From: Syntrophomonas sp.
GTDB taxonomy: Bacteria; Bacillota; Syntrophomonadia; Syntrophomonadales; Syntrophomonadaceae
Reading direction: 5' to 3'
Assembly: GCA_028709585.1 (NCBI GenBank)
Contig: JAQVWS010000002.1
Span: forward strand, 1 to 54,254
DNA length: 54,254 bases
Under the pieces are notes generated by a model, which was not told where the DNA came from, did no database searches, and was given only the letters and a program-made list of their open reading frames with translations. Position numbers and translations under genes: made by a program. Shown here one piece after another: positions 18,355 through 27,875 of this stretch. The first letter of the stretch is position 1. Every line of letters begins with the position of its first letter.

Positions 18355-19386
18355 ATGCAGGAGCATCGCCTGATATCCGCTCAGGCTTTGGGTGAAGAAG
18401 AGATTAACGATACTTCGTTGCGGCCTTTGAGGCTGGCTGAATATATTGGTCAGGATAAGGTCAAAGAGAATCTGGAGGTATTTATAGCTGCCGCCAAGAG
18501 CAGGGGAGAGAGCCTGGATCATGTACTATTAAGCGGGCCTCCCGGGCTGGGAAAAACTACCCTGGCTACAATTATGGCTCATGAAATGAGTAGTTCCATC
18601 CGCAGGACATCAGGACCGGCCATAGAAAGACCTGGTGATCTGGCTGCTATTCTAACTAATCTGGAGCCAGGGGATGTGCTTTTTATAGATGAAATACATC
18701 GTCTTAACCGAAGCATTGAAGAAATAATGTATCCGGCTATGGAAGACTTTGCTATTGATATCGTTATTGGTAAAGGACCGGCAGCGCGTACATTGCAAAT
18801 AGATTTGCCCCCCTTTACTTTGATTGCGGCAACTACCCGACCGGGGCTTCTCTCTTCTCCTCTCAGGGATCGCTTTGGGATCAATTGCCGATTGGACTTT
18901 TACAGTGAAGAAGACCTCAGCCGAATTATTGCTCGAGCGGCTTCCATTCTGGGAATTTCTATAGATAAATCAGGTGCTGGCGAAATCGCCCGCTGCTCTC
19001 GGGGAACGCCTCGGGTTGCCAACCGCCTTTTAAAGAGAGTGCGGGATTATGCACTGGTGCGGGGAAGTGGAATAATAGATGGTGATACGGCTGTCAAATC
19101 ATTAACAATGCTGGAAATTGATAATTATGGACTGGATACGGTTGACAGAATGATACTAGATGCTATAATAAGTAAATTCGGCGGAGGACCGGTGGGACTG
19201 GATACTCTGGCGGCCTGCATCTCCGAAGAAACCGATACGCTTACTGATGTTTATGAACCTTATTTGCTTAAGCTGGGCTTTATTCATAAAACTCCCCGGG
19301 GCAGGGTGGCTACTGAACAAGCCTATCGCGTCATGGGCTACCCGGCACAAGGTCGGCTGGAAGAAAGCTCTTTATTTGAAGAGTGA
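18355..19386 (+). CDS. ruvB: Holliday junction DNA helicase RuvB
   Basis: [19 protein letters not shown], Walker [10 protein letters not shown], Walker [10 protein letters not shown]. Confidence 0.97.
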   Translation: MQEHRLISAQALGEEEINDTSLRPLRLAEYIGQDKVKENLEVFIAAAKSRGESLDHVLLSGPPGLGKTTLATIMAHEMSSSIRRTSGPAIERPGDLAAILTNLEPGDVLFIDEIHRLNRSIEEIMYPAMEDFAIDIVIGKGPAARTLQIDLPPFTLIAATTRPGLLSSPLRDRFGINCRLDFYSEEDLSRIIARAASILGISIDKSGAGEIARCSRGTPRVANRLLKRVRDYALVRGSGIIDGDTAVKSLTMLEIDNYGLDTVDRMILDAIISKFGGGPVGLDTLAACISEETDTLTDVYEPYLLKLGFIHKTPRGRVATEQAYRVMGYPAQGRLEESSLFEE

Positions 19387-19407
19387 GAGAATAAGGGCTG
19401 AGAGCAG

Positions 19408-19971
19408 GTGACAACCATGCCAAAAGTTTTGCTTCATATTTGCTGTGGACCATGCGCCAGCTACCCCGTTCCTGCTTTGCGTGAAGAGGGTTTCGAACTA
19501 ATGGGTTATTATTATAATCCCAATATTCATCCATTCATCGAGTGGCAGAAGCGCAAACAAGGATTGGAACAGTATGCCGAAGCGGTTGATTTGCGGGTTA
19601 TTTACGAAGAAAAATACAACCCGGTTGAGTATTTCCAAAATATCTCCTACCGGGAAAGCCGGCGCTGTTTTATTTGTTACCAAATGAGACTCGAACAGGC
19701 GGCTCATATAGCCAAAAAAGGCAAATTTGATTATTTTAGCAGTACGCTACTGGTAAGCAAACATCAGCAACATGAATTGATTCACGAATTAGGCAAAGCC
19801 AGCAGCGAAAAACACGGCATACCTTTTTTATACCGGGATTTTCGGGTGGGATATAAAGAAACAGGCGAAATATCAAGGGCAATGGGCCTTTACCGCCAGC
19901 AATACTGCGGATGTCTGTATAGCGAAGTGGAACGATATGCCCCTCCCGAAGTTCGCAAGTTGCTGAAATAG
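19408..19971 (+). CDS. queH: Epoxyqueuosine reductase QueH (DUF208)
   Basis: LLHICCGPCASYPV...CFICYQMRL...YCGCLYS are the conserved Cys motifs of DUF208. The start may instead be the ATG at 19417. Confidence 0.85.
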   Translation: MTTMPKVLLHICCGPCASYPVPALREEGFELMGYYYNPNIHPFIEWQKRKQGLEQYAEAVDLRVIYEEKYNPVEYFQNISYRESRRCFICYQMRLEQAAHIAKKGKFDYFSSTLLVSKHQQHELIHELGKASSEKHGIPFLYRDFRVGYKETGEISRAMGLYRQQYCGCLYSEVERYAPPEVRKLLK

Positions 19972-19995
19972 GTACTTACAGGAGATTGTTTATTA

Positions 19996-22177
<2,182 letters not shown>

Positions 22178-22241
22178 CAAGAGGACTTTGCCTTTCATTG
22201 GCGAAGTTATTTAAGGTTATGCAAAATTAAGGAGGGATAAT

Positions 22242-22517
22242 ATGGCAACACAACAAGGTTGGATAACGGTTTTAATCTACTGCGCAGTTTGCTTGGGCAT
22301 ATTTTATTTTTTCCTGGTTATGCCGCGCAAAAAACAAGATAAGAAGCACAAAGAGCTTCTCGCCAACATAAAAAGAGGCGATTTGATAGTTACTGTGGGA
22401 GGAATTCGAGGAGAAATTACTAAAGTCAAAGAAGAAACAGTCCTTATTAAATCCAATGAAAATACTGAAATTGAATTTGTAAAGAGTGCCATAGCTTACA
22501 AGGTTGATGAACAATAA
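22242..22517 (+). CDS. yajC: Preprotein translocase subunit YajC
   Basis: A single TM helix followed by RKKQDKKHKELLANIKRGDLIVTVGGIRGEITKV. Confidence 0.9.
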   Translation: MATQQGWITVLIYCAVCLGIFYFFLVMPRKKQDKKHKELLANIKRGDLIVTVGGIRGEITKVKEETVLIKSNENTEIEFVKSAIAYKVDEQ

Positions 22518-23176
22518 TGGTAAGCCTTGAAGATATCAAAGATAGCAGGCTGATAGAGACCTTTATATGTAAAGGGAACGAGCACCTGGGAGCTATAGGT
22601 TTTACCGACCATGGCAAGGTGCATGTTGGGCTGGTATCTAATTTATGCCGGAGTATCTTATTAAAACTGGGCTATGATGCCAGAACGGCTGAGTTAGCCG
22701 GAATAGCTGGATATATGCATGACCTGGGTAATGTCATTAACCGCAATGAACATAGCCGGAGCGGTGCTCTCATGGCTATGGAAATCCTCCGGAGAATGGA
22801 GATGAAGCCAGACGAAATATCCATAATAGTAGCAGCTATAGGTAATCATGACGAGGGGAGCGGCCATCCGGTCAATGTGGTTTCAGCTGCATTAATTCTC
22901 GCCGACAAATCGCACGTGCATCGAAACCGGGTTAGAAATACGGATGTAGCTACCTTTGATATTCACGATCGGGTAAATTACGCGGTGGAAAAATCGGTTT
23001 TAAATGTTGGTGGCTTGGAAAAACTGATAAGTATGGACTTAACAATCGATACCAGCATTTGTCCAGTGATGGAATATTTTGAGATTTTCCTAAGTCGCAT
23101 GCTGTTATGCCGTCGAGCCGCTAATTTTTTGGGTTGTGAATTTGCCTTGCTTATCAATGGCGTCAAACTATTGTAG
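22517..23176 (+). CDS. HD-domain metal-dependent phosphohydrolase
   Basis: H...HD motif (GYMHDLGNV) and a later NHDEGSG / ADKSH pattern. Confidence 0.7.
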   Translation: MVSLEDIKDSRLIETFICKGNEHLGAIGFTDHGKVHVGLVSNLCRSILLKLGYDARTAELAGIAGYMHDLGNVINRNEHSRSGALMAMEILRRMEMKPDEISIIVAAIGNHDEGSGHPVNVVSAALILADKSHVHRNRVRNTDVATFDIHDRVNYAVEKSVLNVGGLEKLISMDLTIDTSICPVMEYFEIFLSRMLLCRRAANFLGCEFALLINGVKLL

Positions 23177-23216
23177 ATTATATAAATGATTTATCACTTG
23201 GAAGGAGGACTTACTG

Positions 23217-24422
23217 GTGCGTAAGAATACCAGTATGGCAATAATTGCATCAATTATTGTGATTCTATTTGGGGTGGCCTATTTTACTGCACGGCCAATA
23301 ATAAACAATATACAACTAGGATTAGATCTAAGAGGCGGCTTGCATGTCGTTCTGATGGCAGATGAGAAAGAGGGACAAGAGGTAACAGCGGATACTATTC
23401 AAAAGGCCATTGGAGTTTTAAGGAATCGTATCGACAATCTGGGAGTCAAAGAGCCTATTATTTATCCCCAGGGTCAGGACCGTATTGTTATCGAATTGGC
23501 TGGTGTAGACGATCCGGAACAAGCTGTTAATATAATTAAGAATACAGCCCAATTGGAATTTAGGGATGTTAACGGCAAAATATTAGTCACCGGCAAAGAT
23601 CTTAAAGATGCTCAGGCTTCACCAGGCACTGGAGGTACCACTGCATCTGTAAATCTCGAATTTAATGATGAGGGTGCGAAACTGTTTGCTGCTGCTACGG
23701 CAGCCAATGTTGGCAAGCCCCTAGCCATTGTCATAGATGAACAAATTATTAGCGCACCTAACGTAAATGAGCCTATTCCTAACGGCAGAGCCGAAATATC
23801 CGGTAGTTTTACCGCGGAGGAAGCTCAAAACCTTGCGGTATTGCTTCGTTCCGGTGCTTTGCCGGTATCATTCAGCATAATGGAAAAGCGCACTGTTGGG
23901 CCAACCCTGGGGGCTGATTCATTGAACATGAGTGTAAAGGCGGCAATTGTTGGTTTAATTGCTATCCTTATATTTATGATGGGGTATTACATGTTGCCCG
24001 GCGTAGTTGCCAGCATTTCAATGCTTTTGTATTCTATTCTGGTGTTAGGCACCATGGCTTTACTGGGAGCGGTATTGACCCTGCCAGGGATAGCTGGATT
24101 TATTCTATCTATAGGTATGGCTGTTGACGCCAATATAATTATCTATGAGCATATTAAAGAAGAATTACGTTTAGGCAAGACTCTCAAAGCCGCCATAGAA
24201 GCTGGATTCAGCCGAGCATTCTGGACTATATTTGATTCCAATTTAACCACTTTAATTGCTGCGGTAGTATTGATTTGGTTTGGAACCGGACCTATAAAAG
24301 GATTTGCAGTTACCCTCTCCATAGGCATCGTTGCCAGTATGTTGGTGGCACTTACGTTTACACGTTATTTACTGGTACTGTTTGCTGATATTAATAAGAA
24401 CAATAAACTATATGGAGTTTAA
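23217..24422 (+). CDS. secD: Protein translocase subunit SecD
   Basis: LGLDLRGGLHVVL...LEFR...GPTLGADSL plus a C-terminal 6-TM bundle. GTG start with a GGAGGA RBS. Confidence 0.93.
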   Translation: MRKNTSMAIIASIIVILFGVAYFTARPIINNIQLGLDLRGGLHVVLMADEKEGQEVTADTIQKAIGVLRNRIDNLGVKEPIIYPQGQDRIVIELAGVDDPEQAVNIIKNTAQLEFRDVNGKILVTGKDLKDAQASPGTGGTTASVNLEFNDEGAKLFAAATAANVGKPLAIVIDEQIISAPNVNEPIPNGRAEISGSFTAEEAQNLAVLLRSGALPVSFSIMEKRTVGPTLGADSLNMSVKAAIVGLIAILIFMMGYYMLPGVVASISMLLYSILVLGTMALLGAVLTLPGIAGFILSIGMAVDANIIIYEHIKEELRLGKTLKAAIEAGFSRAFWTIFDSNLTTLIAAVVLIWFGTGPIKGFAVTLSIGIVASMLVALTFTRYLLVLFADINKNNKLYGV

Positions 24423-24434
24423 GGAGGGTAGGCA

Positions 24435-25286
24435 ATGCAGTTTATAGAGAAAAGAAAATGGTTCTATATATTATCAATGTTAGTTATTATTCCAGGGATT
24501 GTCTCCATGTTTATACAGGGGTTTAATCTGGGAATAGACTTTACAGGTGGATCCATGCTGCGCTATAAAATGGATGCATCCATTCCCGATAATGAGGTCA
24601 GAGCTACTTTGGAAGATCTCAAAATAGCTAAAGAAATAAGCGTCCAGAAAAGCGACCAAGAATTTTATATTCGCACCAATGAACTGGACCAGGTTCAAAC
24701 TCAACAAGTAACGGAGGCTTTACAGTCTAAATACCAGAATGTAGAATTGCTAAGTGCTGAAAGCGTCGGGGCTACCATCGGCAGTGAATTAGCCCAAAAC
24801 GCTATAATGGCAATCGTTATAGCCCTGATATTGATGATGATTTACATTACTTTCCGATTTGAGTGGCAATTTGGGGTAGCTGCCGTATTAAGCCTAGTGC
24901 ATGTAGTATTGATTGTCTGCGGGGTATTTTCCCTGTTCCAGTGGGAAGTTAACAGTCACTTTATTGCCGCAATATTAACCATTATTGGTTATAGTATCAA
25001 TGACACCATAGTGATCTTTGATAGGATCAGGGAAAACTTGAGAATGAAGAGGAAGGAACCGCTTCCGAACCTTTTGAACAGGAGTATTATGCAGACCTTG
25101 AACCGATCCATTAATACAGTTCTTACGGTTTTGATGCCTTTGATTACTTTACTGATATTTGGCGGGGGAACGATAAAATATTTTGTTATGGCTCTCTTGG
25201 TTGGATTCCTGGTAGGAATGTATTCATCCATCTGTATTGCCAGCCCGCTTTATTATCAAATAAAGCAAAGGGAAGTCCGGAGATAA
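24435..25286 (+). CDS. secF: Protein translocase subunit SecF
   Basis: GIDFTGGS...GYSINDTIVIFDRIREN...NRSINT motifs. Confidence 0.93.
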   Translation: MQFIEKRKWFYILSMLVIIPGIVSMFIQGFNLGIDFTGGSMLRYKMDASIPDNEVRATLEDLKIAKEISVQKSDQEFYIRTNELDQVQTQQVTEALQSKYQNVELLSAESVGATIGSELAQNAIMAIVIALILMMIYITFRFEWQFGVAAVLSLVHVVLIVCGVFSLFQWEVNSHFIAAILTIIGYSINDTIVIFDRIRENLRMKRKEPLPNLLNRSIMQTLNRSINTVLTVLMPLITLLIFGGGTIKYFVMALLVGFLVGMYSSICIASPLYYQIKQREVRR

Positions 25287-25314
25287 TCAGCTGAAATAGA
25301 GAAACATCATAAAA

Positions 25315-25355
25315 TGGGACTTCATTTATTACTTACAATGAAGTCCCATTTTTTT
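25315..25355 (+). terminator. Terminator after secF
   Basis: TGGGACTTCAT ttattacttaca ATGAAGTCCCA followed by TTTTTTT. Confidence 0.85.
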
Positions 25356-25371
25356 ATGCGCTATTGGGCAA

Positions 25372-25707
25372 GGGGACGGTTCTTTTGCCTGCGGGGCTAT
25401 CTCTTAGTATCATCAATATAAATGGACGGTAATTATTAATGACCAGACAGGCACGTAAAATGATTAATACCGGGATTTATCACGTTATAATGCGCGGCAA
25501 TGAAAGGAAAAATATCTGTGAAGACATAACTGATAAGCAACAAGTTTTATGTTGTGTGCTTATTGTCTAATGGATAACCATGTACATTTATAATGAAAAT
25601 CTGGCGGAAATAAGAGTGTAATGGTTCGTTATGTTTTGTTCTATAACTGGAATAAACAAAAGCACAGTTGAACGGCAGGAACAAATGCAGGCAGAAGAAC
25701 CGTCCCC
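25372..25707 (+). mobile_element. Copy A of a TIR-bounded, decayed IS200-like/RAYT-type Y1 transposase element (non-autonomous)
   Basis: The ends GGGGACGGTTCTTTTGCCTGC and GCAGGCAGAAGAACCGTCCCC are inverted repeats. The interior encodes broken MTRQARK..IYHVIMRGNERKNI and LMDNHVHL (HUH) remnants with stops and frameshifts. It is similar along its aligned length to 34071-34431 and 45623-46158. Confidence 0.8.
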
Positions 25708-25712
25708 GTAAA

Positions 25713-25744
25713 CCTCCAAAAACTCCCCAAAAACTCCAAAAACT
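25713..25744. repeat. Short tandem repeat (CTCC[CC]AAAAA x3) on the right flank of copy A
   Basis: CCTCCAAAAA CTCCCCAAAAA CTCCAAAAA, read directly. It runs into the stop codon of the convergent CDF gene. Confidence 0.7.
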
Positions 25745-26684
25745 ATTCAGAAAGGCTATGGCTAATTCTTGTGCAGCCGGAACAGGTTATACAGTCTTCG
25801 TCTTGGCAGGGCTCGGCATGGACTAAGACATGGGCCAAAGGAAAGCGGTCTATAATTTTCTCCTCCAGCAGATCACAAATACTGTGGACCTCAGCTATGC
25901 TAAGGTCGCGGGGAACCACTAAATGCATATCTACATACCGTTCGGAACCCGAACGGCGGGTTCTGAGTTTATGAAAACTAATCATTCCTGCAGGGGTAAT
26001 CAGTTCAAGTGCCTCCATGATCTGCTGTTCTTCCTCGGGGGGAAGAGCGGTATCCAGTAATGGAGAAAAGGATTTGACTGTAATATCCCAGGCGGCTTTG
26101 GTTATTAACAGGGCAACCGCAATTGCAATTATCGGGTCTAGTATCTCAATCTTAGTAATTGCTATAGCTCCTAATCCTACTAAAACTCCCAATGAGGTAT
26201 AGACATCAGTTCGTAAATGCATTGCATCAGCTTCCAGAGCTACTGATTCTGTTTTTCTAGCTACTTTCATAAGTAAATTGGAAATAAAAAGGTTAGCCAA
26301 AGATGCCAAGGCCATAACTGCAATGCCTACGCCTAGAGACTCAACCTTTCCACCATGGATGATTTTTTGGTAAGCTTCCACCATAATCCATATGGCTGCT
26401 ATAAATATAAGCAAAGCTTCAATAGTGCCTGATATATTCTCATACTTGCCGTGGCCATAACGATGCTCTTTATCGGGAGGACGAGCGGAGATCCGCACCG
26501 AAATGAATGCAATTATAGCTGCCATTAAATCCAAGCCGGAATGAATTGCTTCGGAAATTATACTTACCGCTCCCGTCATAATCCCGGCAGTCAGCTTAAA
26601 AATTACCAGAGTAATATTGGAAACAATAGATAGAGCAGCCACTTTTGATTTTTCATCTGCCAGCACATTTTTAATCCATGTCAT
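25743..26684 (-). CDS. Cation diffusion facilitator (CDF) family metal efflux transporter with a Cys/His-rich C-terminal tail
   Basis: Six TM helices with the signature SEAIHSGLDLMAAIIAF and HLRTDVYTSLGVLVG, and a cytoplasmic CTD ending HAEPCQDEDCITCSGCTRISH. The preferred start is the ATG at 26684 (MTWIKNV...), downstream of an AGGAGG. The longer ORF-track start would place the leader hairpin inside the coding sequence. Confidence 0.88.
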   Translation of the reverse strand: MTWIKNVLADEKSKVAALSIVSNITLVIFKLTAGIMTGAVSIISEAIHSGLDLMAAIIAFISVRISARPPDKEHRYGHGKYENISGTIEALLIFIAAIWIMVEAYQKIIHGGKVESLGVGIAVMALASLANLFISNLLMKVARKTESVALEADAMHLRTDVYTSLGVLVGLGAIAITKIEILDPIIAIAVALLITKAAWDITVKSFSPLLDTALPPEEEQQIMEALELITPAGMISFHKLRTRRSGSERYVDMHLVVPRDLSIAEVHSICDLLEEKIIDRFPLAHVLVHAEPCQDEDCITCSGCTRISHSLSE

Positions 26685-26702
26685 TAGATTCAGATACCTC
26701 CT

Positions 26703-26745
26703 AGAAAAAGCAAAGCGGGACTTCAATAATGCATTAAAGTCCCGC
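26703..26745 (-). terminator. Leader terminator/attenuator upstream of the CDF gene
   Basis: The minus strand reads GCGGGACTTTAATGCATTATTGAAGTCCCGC followed by TTTGCTTTTTCT, and ends about 19 nt before the RBS. No upstream gene on this strand could use it. Confidence 0.65.
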
Positions 26746-26967
26746 GGGATTTCCGCTGCCCTAATCGAGCCTAGCCTTTGGCCTGACTATTAGCTGATAA
26801 TAAATAATGTTAAAATATTTATATGCTATTTAAATCAGATTATTATTATTATAATAACATAAATGCAAGTAATAATACAAATTAATATTTACCTATAAGG
26901 GGTTTCGAAAAGCAAGTAGAAATCTTACAATTATATAAAGATTATTATGGTATAGGAGAATGATAAA

Positions 26968-27270
26968 ATGAATGCATATTTATTAGGAGCCCTTTTCTTT
27001 GTATTGACTATTGCGGTATTTGTTCTGCAGAATACCACTCAGGTGACTGTTCAATTTATTTACTGGACATCTTCACCAATATCTCTGGCTGTGGTGGTGA
27101 TTATTTCTGCCTGTATAGGTTCTTTGATAACGTTTTTACTGGATAGCTACCGAGCCTTTAAAACCGGGCAGAAGATGAGAGGTTTAATTAATCAAAACCG
27201 CAAATATGAAAAAGAAATTGAAACATTAAAAACAAGTAAATCTATCAATGAAGTGAAAGAAGGAGTTTAG
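26968..27270 (+). CDS. LapA/DUF1049-family small membrane protein
   Basis: Two TM helices followed by a basic coiled tail. The pattern is typical (FVLQNTTQVTVQFIYW). Confidence 0.7.
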   Translation: MNAYLLGALFFVLTIAVFVLQNTTQVTVQFIYWTSSPISLAVVVIISACIGSLITFLLDSYRAFKTGQKMRGLINQNRKYEKEIETLKTSKSINEVKEGV

Positions 27271-27274
27271 TACA

Positions 27275-27724
27275 TTGCGTGCAGTTGTGCAACGAAGCAA
27301 AAAAAGCCGGGTGTTAGTAAATAATATTGAAATGGCTGGAATAAATTCGGGGTTAATGGTCTTGTTAGGAATAAAAAGAGGGGACGAAACTGCTGACGGG
27401 GAATATCTAATGGATAAGATAATCAATCTGCGGGTCTTTGAAGACGCCAATGGCAAGATGAATCGCTCCTTGATTGATATAGGGGGCGATATGCTTCTTG
27501 TCAGCCAGTTTACCTTATATGGCGATGCTAGCAAAGGCAGGAGGCCCAGCTTTACTAAAGCGGAACAACCTGATAAGGCGATAGTATTGTTTGATTATTG
27601 CACTGACTTTTTGCGAGCCCGAGGGATAAAGGTAGAGACTGGCATTTTTGGAGCAGACATGCAGGTTGAGATACAGAATGATGGTCCTTGCACTATATTA
27701 ATAGATAGCGAGAGATTGCTATAA
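27275..27724 (+). CDS. dtd: D-aminoacyl-tRNA deacylase
   Basis: MRAVVQRS...VSQFTLYGD..KG.RPSF...FGADMQVE..NDGP.T motifs. TTG start. Confidence 0.95.
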   Translation: MRAVVQRSKKSRVLVNNIEMAGINSGLMVLLGIKRGDETADGEYLMDKIINLRVFEDANGKMNRSLIDIGGDMLLVSQFTLYGDASKGRRPSFTKAEQPDKAIVLFDYCTDFLRARGIKVETGIFGADMQVEIQNDGPCTILIDSERLL

Positions 27725-27875
27725 TTATGGGTTACTATTTTTTGTTGTTTAGGTTCACTCATATACAATTCACAGTTGCCACCGTTCAGGCGGTTGCAGA
27801 TGCAGGTATGTTATAATGCTGATGAGGGCTATCGAGGCATGATAGTCCTTATTATATACAATGAGGAGATAAGAA

